A stretch of DNA of 64,000 nucleotides from Auanema rhodensis (Eukaryota > Animalia > Nematoda). Shown piece by piece: positions 51,318 to 64,000 of this stretch (the stretch's first letter is position 1; every line of letters starts with the position of its first letter). Below the pieces are notes generated by a model, which worked only from the letters and a program-made list of their open reading frames with translations, was not told the origin of the DNA and did no database searches. The stretch is from contig OZ059897.1 in NCBI GenBank assembly GCA_964057225.1, positions 9,114,001-9,178,000 of the forward strand. The letters run 5' to 3'. The translations under genes and the position numbers were made by a program.

Positions 51318-54259
51318 TAAATCTAGAGAAAAAGAGAGAGCAAGAGTTTTCAAAAAAAAAGAATTGTATTCAATTAAAATATCTTTTTGTATTTCCTTTT
51401 AACTGAATTTAATTATAAAAATATTTCATTTCTATTAATTTGTTTTTGAGAATTATTAAGATATTTGAAAAGTGAACTTACTTCCATCTGGAAATGGATG
51501 ACATATCAGACTTGTAAGATGCATTGGAGGTCTGGCTATACGAAGACGATCAGCCTTCTTACGGCAAATCAAAAACATATCAGTGAAAACCAAACAATAC
51601 ATTTCCATCTAAAAAGATTTATTGAAAAACAGTTGAGAAAGAGATTGATATATACCTTTGGTCCTTGTTTTCCTTCACGCACTTTCAATTCACCTCGATG
51701 GAATAGACGACGATAAACTTGAACATTGGGAGGAAAGTATGGCATTGGATGAACTAAATCTAAACAACATCGTTGACCATAGAAAATCTGTAAAAAATGG
51801 ATTATGATATAAGCTGTATTAATGATAGAAACCTTCTCAAATTCATCTTGATCAACACAATCATAACTATCAATTTGGGATCGAATTTCTTCCAATTGAT
51901 GTCGGAGATCATTGTTATTCATCTCGAGATTAAGCATATGTGTTGCTTCTTCAACTTGATCAATTAAACTTTGAACAAGCTCTTTCTCTTGTGCTTCAGT
52001 TGATGATCGAAGAATAGCCTAAAAAGACAAATGTTATAAAGAATTCCTCATAAACAAAACAGATGATTTACCTTTAATAGCAAGCTATATCTGGTTAATC
52101 TTTGCATGGGCATTGTTAAAGTATCCGACAATTTCTGTCGTCTCATGCTATCTTGAGACTCAGACCACTGAAATAAGACAATTTTTGAATTCGAAGACTG
52201 TTTTGAAGGCAGCTTACTGAGACAAATTCAGCAAATAGATGAGTATCTTTTTGCTTTTTCTGAAGATACAAAAGAGAATCATTGTGAGATGAAGTGAATG
52301 CTGTATAGTAGTGAGCCCATGTCATAATGGATGAGAACATTGGTTTCAGATACGTCAGATTCAATGGACATCCCTTAGATCGCGATTGTTCAAGCATGGG
52401 CAATATATTCTTTTCCCAAAATCTTCTATGTTTATCAAATAATTCATCATAATTAAGAAAAACTTTTTCCACAAGAATATCTCTGAAATAGAAAATATTA
52501 ATTAAACGATTAGAACATTGCAAATTGTACTTTAAGAACCCGCTTCGTTGTAATTCTTTTAAATAATCTTTCAAATCGGCCATGTTCTTCAATACCTGGA
52601 AGAGATTTACAGCTTATTTAAGTTGCACGAATGATATTCGTTTACCTGAATATATCTACATTCTGTTGTGACTAGTTCCCATATAGCTTCTTGTTGTTCA
52701 ATACATCTACGAGATAAATCTTGATGATTTGATACAATCATCTTCCAATGTTCTTCTAATTCTAAAAACGGAAGACACGTATTTGTGTTTTCTTTCATTG
52801 TAGCCAGCCGATTGATCAGATCATTCTTTTCCTGAAAAAAAGCAAATAGAATATATGAATTTTTGAACATTATGTCTGATATACTTTGCCAAAAAACAAG
52901 CTGATACGACTTGATGCAAGTGAGCGAGCACGTCGAGTGCCACCATCATCTGGATACATATCGGAGCATGATGCTCCATCATCCAACATATTAATTTCTC
53001 TGAAACAAATAAACAAATTGATATCAGATATTTTCATATATCTAGAATATAAAATTAAAAATATGTAAACTATAATCTATAAAGCAAATATCTACATACA
53101 TGCAAGACATGTATGTATGAAAAGTCATGTGCTCTTGTTCTCAGACATTCGCTACATGATCTCACACAAATTCTTAGATCAAAAACTGCAGTCAGAACAG
53201 ATTATAATTCCGTATCTTGTATTATTTGAACAAAAATTTATTTTAATAGATTGATCATGTGAATGTTTGATGAAAGTAACTTACTTTGTTGAACTATCAT
53301 TACTTCTTCCTTCAGAAAAGTCGTCACTACCATTCAGCTTATTCTCAGAATGCTGTCGTGATTTGGATAGCTGAAGATAGTAAAGTTATGAAAAGAAACA
53401 AGAGAAATGTTTGAAAAATAAATAAATAATCAATAGAAATGCTTTTTTTCTTTGTAGAAATCAAAAAAATATTTATGCTCATCATGCTCATCATGCTCAT
53501 GAACATTTTTCTTAGCATTACATATTTACTTTTCAAAAATTTACTTCTTTTCCTAAAAAGCCAAAACGTACTAAACTTAACTTACCAATCGACTGTTAAC
53601 AAAGGAGGATTTACGACTGATAGCTTCTGCACTCATTTTTCGGCTTGGACGGTCTCCCGGCGACTCATCCATTGAGTGCGTGTTACGACTATGATAGCCC
53701 ACTCGCATCACGCTACGTCCTGAAAATACAAGAAAGTTAGAAAAAAAGAAGTTGTTTGAAAAAACAAAGGCAAATAGTTGTAATTATTTTGGATACTTTT
53801 CAATTTTTTTTAAGATTTCAAGAGAGGGAGGGACAGAGATAGAGAGAATGCTCCAAATATCATTAGCTATATGTATGTCGTGTAGAACTCGAAGATGAGC
53901 TTAACAACATTTGCTCAGAAGAACAGCCATTTTTGAGCATTTTTCGTGTGGACATAGGAAAAGTGAATGTTTGGATGAAAATGAAGTTTAATATAATTAT
54001 ATAATTGAATACATGTGTGGGCGATAGACATGTTTGAATTTTCGAAGAAAGACAATTAAATAAAAATTAATAGAAACCAATTAAAATGGTAAATGTATAA
54101 GTACATAGCATATCGTATATAGTATCTATGCATTATATAGAATAAAGAGAGATATTCTATTTGAAAAGTTGACTTCAATCATAGCCATTTGATGAATTAA
54201 TATTATTTTTTATTATTATAATTATTATTTTATTAATTATATAGAAAATAGAAAATAAA

Positions 54260-54319
<60 letters not shown>

Positions 54320-57300
54320 GAGATAATACATACTCTAATCTAAAATTGTAATAATACAAATAAGACTGAAGATAATAATAGAAATGTAAAATCAAATTTA
54401 CAGCAAGATGCAGAAAAGATGTTTAACTAGTAAGCTAACAAGCAAATAATCAAAGTAGATTTGAATTTTTCTCCCAAATTCAGATATAGTTGAAGAGGAT
54501 GAGGAGAAAAGTGATGTGAGAAATTGAAGCTAGAGAGAGAAAAAGAGTGAGGGAGAAGAGAGGATGAGAATGGGTAGGGGGGCGGAAAGAGGGAGAAGTT
54601 AGAACTTTAAGTTGAAATGTAGCTTCTTTTTTTCTTTTTTTCAATGATTATATGATATTAATAGGTTTACATATAATATATATTATGATATATACATATA
54701 AGAAAAGCTGGAAAAAAGAAGTGTTGTGTTATGCTTATTTCAATTTTTTTATTTGTTTTCCATTAATGCTTATAGTCCAGCATTGAGCGATATTATTTAC
54801 AAATTTGTTGATGAATATGAGATACATGAGAGAAAGCATTGAGGAATGATCTGATCCAAATAAACTAAATGACCAATAATTGAAATTTTATTTTATTTTT
54901 TTCAAAAAAAATAGGAACAGATTGTAGAAGAAACAAAGGAGAATATATGTGTGAGAGGAAGTAAGAACAAGCGAGGGGGCTTGTTCGGAAAATTAAAATT
55001 TGAAATGAGCAAGCGTTCAGTGATGTTTAGAGCAAATGAAATGAATGTTCCACGTGAAAATCACGTAGTAATCATATGCTAATTAGTGTGAAAATTCAAG
55101 TGATTGTCAGACTTCTCAGGATGAATATATGCTCATAATCATAAATGGAAAAGAAAAAGAAAGACCGGCAAAACCACTTTTTGAGCTTGAGCTAATCCAA
55201 ATTGCCTGGAGGAAAAATTAAGCACAATCAAACGGACAAATAACGAGAAGCTGATTGGTAGTTACTTATGAAACCTGAGAAGTATGGGCGGCATGAACAC
55301 TTCAGCTTGATAATGTATGTGAGGAAGTGCCGAGAAGAACACAACCTTCTAACAGCAAACATTTGGTATAAACATAAATTGTTTTTTATAAAGTGCGACT
55401 TATAATCAGATGAATTGAAAGTAAAAATATTTGATAAAGAACTACCGATTTGTACATGTTTGAATTACAACTATCATGTAGTTTTGAGTTTGTCTTCATC
55501 AAGAGGGAGGCAGAGTTAAGCTAAAGTGTGAAAGTAATCGAATGTAAGAGTTGATGCCAAAAAATCTGACAAATATGGAAAGAGATGATGCAGTAGATGA
55601 AGACAGAAGACTGGAAAAATGGAAGCAACTGAAGAAATTCGAATTATCCCTCATGGGAGACAATGCGATAGAGATACGAGAATAAGCACACACGAAGACC
55701 TTAAAGAGGAATATACCGAAGGATAAAAGAATATTGAGCCTAAGATCTAATGCTATTTTCTGTTGAGAGAGAGAGAGAGGCAGGGGGGGGAGGAAGATGG
55801 AGATATAAGGATGAAGATAAGAAGGAAAAAAGAAGCAAGATTGGGATTATAATTGAAAGCCTCAAATCATCATATACATAAACATAGAGGTAAATATAGA
55901 GAGATTGAGAACAAATAAGAATTTAAGAGAGAGAGAAAGCGAAAGAGAGAGAGAGGTTGAAGGAAAGAACAAGAGATTTTTCACGTGTTGAAGCACACAA
56001 ATTGAAAACAAGAAGAACAAAAAATGCTGAATACAATCAATATCTTGAGTCTTCAATATACGTAGATACTTTTATGGCATTTTTTAAAGAAAAAACATAT
56101 GTTAAGGAGAGAAAATAAAAAACAAACAATTGAATTTGACGAGTAAAGTAAGATTCTTTTCATTTTTATTCTACTTTGACATCAAAGAATATGAAAGTTG
56201 CTCTCGTAAAGATCAAATTTCGTTCGAACTATACTCGAAGAGTTCAAGTTTAGGAAATCAGAACAACAAGTACAATTCGCATATTTCTAATCTTCCTACA
56301 AATACCCGAACCTGATAACTTGAATTGATAAATAGTATAGATAATAAGAAAATCAATTGAAACAGTTCAATAGAACTGAGGTTCATAACTGGAAAATAAA
56401 GACAACGTCAGTTGTGGGTGGCTTAATTAGCAAGTTCAATAATAGGATATTATTGTTTTCATTTGGAATTATATGATTTTGAAGAATTATAGTTAGTTCA
56501 TTGTATAATATGTGATGTTCATATATAATTCTGGGATTCTTCTTGAACATTTTCGGAACATAAGAGTAGCTCTGAAGATTAGGGAATACCTAATAATCGT
56601 TGAGTAAATTATTGGAAAGCAGAATATCTGGCGAGGTTTTTCGTATTTTGTTCGGAGACGACGGGAAAAAAGTTTTAAAGAAGAAATAGATCAAGGAGTA
56701 TTTGACTTTTTGTGTTACGATTAATTCATAGAATATTCTATAAATAATTTCTTGACGATTTTCTGTTGAAGCAATGAGTTGATGCAGTAGATGAGATGGA
56801 TGAAGGAGAAATAAGACGGGTGAAAGATGAAGTAAACGAAGGAGAAGAAGAAGATTTCGAATGATGCAAGATCAAGTAAAGTGGGAATTTTGATGTTAGA
56901 TCAGAAGCAGAAAAGGTCTTCTTCCGAAGTACGGAATCGTGTGTCTGCATCTGATTACTTGACTAAGTAAAATGACATCAGCTAAGTACTAAAGATAGAA
57001 AAAATTCTAAATATATACCAGAAAAATAGAAGAAATTTCCGGGAAACACAATTTGAAAATGATTAATGAAAAATTTGATATCAAATTTTTGTATAAACTA
57101 ATAAGTTGTGTAGATGTATGCAGTTATTATTAGAATTATAAATATATAATTATAATAAAATAAAATATAATAATATAGGTCAAATTGATAAGAAAATATC
57201 TTTATCTATACATATACATATACATATATATATGAATATATTATATGATATAGTACTTATAACTACTAAAAATATTATTGAGAGTATTGACGAGGATGTA

Positions 57301-59496
57301 ACACAAACATGAAATCATAAATAGGAAACATCGTTAAGATCTGAAATGGAAAATTTCTTTCACGGAAATTCGTGAGAAACAACAGATTGAAATTCGTCGT
57401 GCGAAATAAGGTTCAAGATGCTCAATGTAGCTCAAACAACCAGCTAAATGCTGTCAAAAAACTTAGACGATTGGCAACAGAATGTCTTCACATCCTCGCA
57501 TGCTTTCTTGCTACTGTGCCGACAATGTGGCTGTTCTGATGGCTGCAGCAGCAACTGCAGCAACGACAACGACGTCGTTGTCTTTCATACAATACCAAAG
57601 CAATTTTTGGATCCTACTAACCCAACACAAGGATTATGGAAGCATTGATGTTGTTGATGACGATGATGCGACACGTGAAAACGACGTCTGTTGAGAACAG
57701 CTGAGCTGTCCGGTTGGTCTGAACGAACGGCTCCTTACAACATTCATGATGATGTGTCTGACGAAGACGAAGATGAAAGACAATGCTACCATGTAGCGGG
57801 ATTATGACGAGAGGAAGAAGAAGAAGTATACAACGACTGACAATTATCAGAGTTTAAAGAACCGGAACGCTTTAAGTATGATGATGAATTGAGTGTAAAA
57901 CAATTTTCATTGCAATTCAGTAGTAGACTTCGTTCTAGAGCTATCTTCGCAAAAAAAAGGAAATTCAAGACAACAACTGATCGTTGATGTCTCTGAAATA
58001 GCTTTCAATGTGTACAATTAAGGTTTGAGGATATGTTATGTGAGAGTATGTAAAGCAAGAAAAGTTAAAAGTTGCTAAATGTATAAATAAAAAGAAGAAA
58101 AAACGTCAAAACAAATAAGAAAAAAATAAGTTGGTTGCATATTTTTCTTAGTTACGGCCTGATATCTGAGAAAAATATGAACGGAGAGAGAGTGAGAGAT
58201 AGCTCTAGAAAACTAAGAGAAACGATGACAATTTATAGAGAAAAAACTATTTTTTAGTATTTTGTTCGTTAAAATTCAAAAGAAAACTATCACAAATAGA
58301 TTTTCTCACGAACTTGGAAACTATTAGATCTCCAATATGAATATCTATGAAGAAATAAAAGGAGCAAGAGCTAATCATCATCACAAAGAAGCAAAAATTG
58401 TTAGCAAGGAAGCCTAACTATAGATGAATTCATTTATTTTCTCCTAAATTCTTTATCTCTCATCAAACTTTATATAATAGATATCATCTTAATAAGAGAG
58501 AAATTCTCTCTGTTTCCAGCCAATAATACAAAAGGGAATTTTGAGGAATTACAGGATTAGATGACTCTATTCAATTGGCAGTTTTTCTGATTAAAATAAA
58601 GAGAGGGAGATGAAAAAAAAACAAAAAAAAACATATACGATTATAGGAAAAACCGGATTGATATTTCATGACATAATCTGTTTTCAAACTCTTTTATTAT
58701 TTATTTCAATGAATCATATGTAATTTATTATTTTTTTATTTTGAAATATGAGCAAAACGAGAGCAAAGAGGTAAAGAGCAAAAAAAAACGAGAAAGAAAG
58801 ATAGATGAAGAGTGAGCTAAAGAGAGAGAGAGAGAGATGAAGAGAGAGAGAGAGAGAGAGAGATTTGGATTTTTAGCTCATATTAATTCAATTTTAAAAA
58901 CAGATCATGAATTGAATCTTCTAACTTCAACTTATTCTGTCGACCTGTTCAAGAATATAAAAGTAATCCATGAATATTCCCGCTGCTGGAAGTTTTTTTA
59001 GTTGAACAACTTCATTTTTTAAATTTTTTTCTTAATATATACAAAGAATATTCGTGTAGGCGTCTCAAACAGACAAGGAAGTATCCATGAGGAGATGGTC
59101 ATGTGGATGAAAATGGAGACGTTCTCTTTCTCGACAACTCTGCTATGCTTTTCCATTTTTTCCTTATTCGTCTTCGCCTACATACACTCAATTTTGAAAA
59201 TCAGAAAGAGACGAAGATTTGATCAGAAAAAGTTTTTCATAAAAAAAATTAATATAATTTGTACTCGAAAGTTCAAAAATTCTTCAAAAAAAAAATCAAC
59301 GAAGTGAAAAGACGAATTGTGGATGGCGTAGTAGGGAATATTCTGAAGAATAAAAGAAAGTTTCAAGAGAGAGAGAGAAAGAAAAAATAGAGAGAGAGAG
59401 AGAAACGGGAGAGTGAATTAGTGCCAAGTTTCAAATACGGAACTTGTGTGACTTACCCAGTTTCCGTTTGAACAGTAGAACCTCGTCGTCACACAT
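48188..59496 (-). CDS. rhgf-2: PLEKHG5/Syx-type DH-PH Rho guanine nucleotide exchange factor (889 aa, 19 exons) with C-terminal PDZ-binding motif
   Basis: Exons 59496-59457, 53719-53586, 53370-53285, 52999-52885, 52831-52646, 52595-52531, 52482-52218, 52167-52072, 52018-51833, 51787-51656, 51608-51482, 51228-51042, 50991-50879, 50832-50535, 50489-50240, 50194-50069, 49804-49709, 49197-49040, 48197-48188. All are GT-AG and phase-consistent (2670 nt). DH motifs [16 protein letters not shown] and [13 protein letters not shown]; PH motifs [13 protein letters not shown] and [11 protein letters not shown]; [19 protein letters not shown]; ends LETSDV*. Confidence 0.88.
51042..51787 (-). CDS. rhgf-2: rhgf-2 exons encoding the PH domain
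   Basis: [19 protein letters not shown]|[18 protein letters not shown]...|GFYLLHMN...RKWTELL. Confidence 0.88.
51833..52831 (-). CDS. rhgf-2: rhgf-2 exons encoding the DH (RhoGEF) domain
   Basis: [17 protein letters not shown]...[16 protein letters not shown]...[36 protein letters not shown]. Confidence 0.9.
54263..54312. repeat. (AT)n microsatellite
   Basis: Visible. Confidence 0.9.
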
Positions 59497-62400
59497 TACT
59501 GATGGACGTCAATGAAATTCAGAAGAAGGGGGAGGAGGAGAAGGAAGGAGAAGACGGAAGAGAATAAATACGGAAAAGAAATAAATATGTAGCTCAGCGG
59601 AAAAGGATAAAATCCTGGTTATGTCTTCGAGCAATTTTCCGATTCTGAAGAACTTTGACGATTGATAGTTAAATTGAAGACAGTGTTGAGGGGTAGAGAT
59701 GAAACTAGCAGTTTTGCCTGTCTTCTTCTCACTTCTGATATCTGCGACGGCGAAAAGTATAGAATGAAGATTCGGACTGAACAACTAATTAGTCAACCAG
59801 AACGACTGCCTTGAGATGAAGATGTTCCAATAGAAATTCGAAGAAACAATTCCAAGTTGAAAAAAGCTGAGCAGTTTCTTGAAGTCTGAGTTGTAGAGAT
59901 TGATGAATAAACGTTTCCAGAATCGGATTATTAGATGAAGTGAATAAGATGAATACTATAGAAAGTTCAAAGCTTTTGAATGCCGTTAATAGAGACAGAT
60001 GAACACAGCTTATTTTTCTATCGTCGTAGATTTCATGGAATCATAAAGATTCAAAATAGATGAATCTGAGGCTAGAAACGATCACCTTATGTTGATGAAC
60101 AAAGAGATAATGATGCTCTTTTGGTAGAGAACGTCTATCAGTAAGCTAAGAGATTTGACGAAGACGACGGCGATGATGACGACGACGACGACGATGATGA
60201 AATTAGAAAGATTCAGAGCAATTGGAGTTGGGCGGAGTATAGGTGAGGGAATAGAATCTTTCATGAGTCGATGTCTTTTCAAGCGTTTATATTTTTATTT
60301 GGAGGCATTTTCTCCGACGTCGTCGTCTTCCAGAATTCTTTAACTATGATATGAAAATATAAGTTTTATATAAATAATAAAGAATTAACTGAATGAATAT
60401 GAATAATACTAAGTTTGAATAGCGTAGTAGAAAGTAAGTTAATAGAAACGCAACAAGAATGAAGCTATTGAACGTTACACTCAGAGATAAAGATCATTCA
60501 GTCATAGAAAAAGGTGAGTGTAGTCAAAGGCTTAAATCATCGATGGTTGTCGGTTCTGACAGGAGGAACAGTCGTTTTGAAAATGAAAATATGAAAAGAG
60601 ACCTATTAGATGTCTAAGGAAGATAAGATGAAGATGTTAGAGAATGAGGAAATGATAGTTTCCGAGATTCGTTGCCATGGTTACATCCCTAATCGTGACG
60701 AGAAGAAGAGGTGCAATGTATCAGATGCAGGAAAAAAGGAAGAAGAAGAAGGAAAAAATATGAAAACTGCTAAGATACATACATACGTCAAGAAAGGCAA
60801 AATGAAAGAGAGATAGAGAGGGAGTCAGATAGAAAAGGGATAGATATAGGAAGATTTGTGTGAATGAGAAGGATATACGGGAATGTGAGAGGAAAATTGA
60901 GATAATTAATTGTCTCGAAGCATAAAGTACCAGAATATTTGACATAGAACTTTGCCCTGAGGGATAAAAGTAAAAGAGCAAAAAAAAGCTGTTGAATCAT
61001 TAATTAAACATCTGTTGAAAGCAGATTGAATTAAGCACTTGGTATTACATTACAATTTTTAATTTCAAATCGTCTCAGATCTCTACCAAACTAAACTAAA
61101 CTAGCCAATGATTTTCCAAAAAAAAAAAATTAATTGTCAGTTCTTTAGCTAAATTATGTATTATATGTTTAGTAAGAGAGTTAAGCCAAAGCTGATTTGA
61201 AAAATAATATTTTTGGTTTTAAATGTTTTAAAAGGAACCAAGTACTATTTGTTTTTATTGGACAAACGACTAAATTCTTTAATAATCTAGATATAAGTAT
61301 ATCTTTCGAAAAGAAAGACAAGAAACAACAAAATTCAGAATTTTACATATGAAACGTATGCTGGCGATAAAAGAGGAAGTAATACAATTTGAAGGAGAGA
61401 GAGAGAGAACACAAAAAAAAGAAAAAACTGAGAAAAGATACTATATCTAATGACTTTCACCTCCAATTATTCAAAGATTAATACTGAGGAGTAACTCACT
61501 AGTTAAAACATGAAGAAAGTGCCAAAGTATAATGGACTTGTTGAATATTGCAATCTGACAAGCAGCGACTACATGATAATGAAAAATTTTGTGAAAAAAA
61601 GGAGTAAAAAGAGAAAAAGAGAAATGGAAGAAGGAAGCAAAAAAGGAATATGAATGAAAGCACTTTGTGCAAACCTTCTGAAATATGAATGAAAGTAGTG
61701 TTTCACGTAATTTACGTGGTAAATAGACATTCAAGTAATCCGTAAGTAAATGAAAGCAAAATTAATTTCAGTTCAGTGATGAATGAAAAACAAAAAGTGG
61801 AAAAGAGGATAGTCCTCTGGCTTCGCCTTTTTAAATATTTGTTGCAAAAAAGGATAACGGATAAAGGTTGAAAGGCAAAAGGTGGAAAAACTATTTTGAA
61901 AAGAGGTGGAGACAACGAAGCAGAAGTGGGATGATTTACTTTTGAGCTTGAACAGGAGACAATGGGAAAAATAAGCAGATGATGTCAGCTTATCAACGTC
62001 ACTCAGCAGCATGTGAACTTTTAGTTAAAACATCTCAAGAACAATAAATAATAAATCGCTTTAAATCTCTTTGTTCATAGTAGAAAAAGGCTTCTAGTCT
62101 CTATATAGTGTAGTATTACGTGTATAAATATATTCTTATAATAATTATTATAAGAAAAATATGTATTTATATATAGAATTACAAGAGATGAAAAGTAAAA
62201 TGAAAATGAGGAAAATCGCATCATGTTCGATAGCAAAAAGCTTAGAATAGATGGCAGAAGCATGTGCATAACATTCAGATTCAGAAATACATAAATATGT
62301 AGTAATCATAGTTTTGAGAATATATATTTTTTCTTTTTTTAAAACTTGAAATGAAGAGTTAGATTTAGAAAAAAAATGAGTTGAGTTCTTCTTTCTAATC

Positions 62401-63054
62401 TTCTTTCTCGACCATGTTCAAAAGTCCAAAAACCGAAAAAAAATAAGAGAGAGAGAGAGAGAATGAGAGAGAGAGATTCGTTTTCCAGACAACTATGAGT
62501 AGACTGCATAATATAGAAAGCGGGTGGCCTTTTAAAAATAATTGCTAGTTAATGATATGGCTTGTATGCAGTATAGGTTCGAATTTACACGAAGAAAACT
62601 GCAGAATATCTATCTCTTCAAGTAGATTGGTATTCACACGAAAAGGGAATTAATGAAGCAACCTCAGAATGTGTAGCTGAAGTACAAATGGAGAAGGTAG
62701 CTGAAGCTTGAATTTTCGCCGCAGGGTTTCAAGCTTCTGTTTCTCATCTCTATGTAAGAAAATCATATTAGTCAAGCTCATGTGGATCAGATGCAGAAAG
62801 ATATGTATATGTATGTCCATCAGATCTTAACTTTTGCTTTTTCGCAAAATAAAATGAAAGAAAGTGTAATTAAGAGACCAAGGCGAATTGTCAATGCTTT
62901 TGAGTCATAGTCTATTAACTTCATATTGTCACTTTCGTAGTTAAGCTCGGAGATCTAACTCTAAAAAGGGGCTCTGGCTGTACACAACTCAAAAGCTCAT
63001 TCGATCTTAAAGCCTCCCCCGCTTTTGCTTTAGCTCTGCTCCGCCCTAAGTTAC

Positions 63055-63103
63055 CTTTCTCATGTATTTTCAAGTATTTTTGGTTGATCAGAAATTTTTT
63101 CAT
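63055..63103 (-). CDS. rhgf-2: Possible alternative first exon of rhgf-2 (MKKFLINQKYLKIHEK)
   Basis: ATG plus 49 nt ending AAAG|GTAAC in phase 1, the same phase as the 59457 donor, so it would splice in frame to 53719. No other support. Confidence 0.3.
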
Positions 63104-64000
63104 TCACATAGAATAACGAACACAGTTTTGTGAGTCTATTCAACTCAACTTTTCATTATAATTTGCTCAAATTTTTCCATTTTTTTGAAAATATCAAGAA
63201 ACAGCCGACAAACATTCTAATGCAACCTTCTTTTCTTTTCTTTGTTCTTTTCAAGATAGGAAAAGCAGAAAAGCCAGACAATCGGAAGTGGTTCAAGCGC
63301 AAGCCACACAACATGCAGATGAGTTTTATGAACTTACTTTGATTGAAACATTTAGAAAAAAATGTTTACAAAAGAGAGGAAGGATCAGTGAAACAAACTA
63401 AAGAAAAACATCAAAAAAGAAAGTTGGAAATGTTTTTTTTGAAACATCATAAGAGAGGATTACCAACCTTAAAAAAACGAATATTCATGATACAACTCAA
63501 AATATATTTTGTTCGAAAACTATATTGTTAGTCGATATAATCGATATTTGTTGAAACACAAAACTACTAAATCAGAAAGATATAGAAATTCACTGAATGA
63601 ACAGCTCGTAAATCGAAAATAAATTCAGATAATACACCATACGGAGATGTAGAAGCTAACTGATGACGATGGTAAAGATAAGGACGATGATAACAATGTC
63701 GTTAGATGATGATTACAAGAAACGAAGAGAAGATGTAAGCCTGAGACACGGCAATGAAGTTTAAAACTAGAAACAACCGAGCTTTCTTCCTTTTTTTTTT
63801 TCAAAAAAAAAAAAATAAAATTGAAAATAGAATAAGTAAGTATGAGAGATGAGAAACATAAACAGTTTGTTTCTTGTTCATCTGTTAAAAGAATTTCATT
63901 TTTCAGTACTTCCAAGAAATAGAAAAAATTATTTTCGCGAAAAAAAGTTTTGATGAAGAAGAAGAAGAAGAAGAGTTTGACTTCAAGTTCTTCTTTTTTT

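Noticed and set aside
1-64000. CRISPR arrays, tRNA/rRNA genes or prokaryotic operons
   Set aside because: None seen; the window is eukaryotic and intron-rich.

Overview
This window is AT-rich, microsatellite-rich eukaryotic DNA, almost certainly from a nematode (short introns with TTTCAG-type acceptors, nematode-type pde-4 and rhgf-2 proteins). Two host genes lie on the minus strand. One is a complete 19-exon PLEKHG5/Syx-type RhoGEF (rhgf-2-like, 48188-59496, 889 aa, ending in the PDZ-binding motif ETSDV). The other is the 5' part of the cAMP phosphodiesterase pde-4, with several alternative first exons at about 36.1, 12.9 and 11.8 kb converging on the UCR1 RRESFLY exon; the catalytic exons were not found and are presumably left of base 1. 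Between the two genes (40.3-47.4 kb) is a dense mobile-element island. It starts with a decayed Maverick/Polinton remnant (adenain-like protease plus protein-primed PolB) that flanks an oppositely oriented, intron-containing, GC-richer retropepsin-like (DTG) gene, a candidate new class of Maverick cargo. Next come two Bel/Pao LTR-retrotransposon 3' ends fused back-to-back into a kb-scale imperfect palindrome, with three LTRs, each ending at a (CT)n microsatellite, and a 3' zinc-knuckle accessory ORF. Most short ORFs in the supplied track are artefacts of microsatellites or intronic sequence. All coordinates were read by eye and gene names come from recalled motifs, not database searches.
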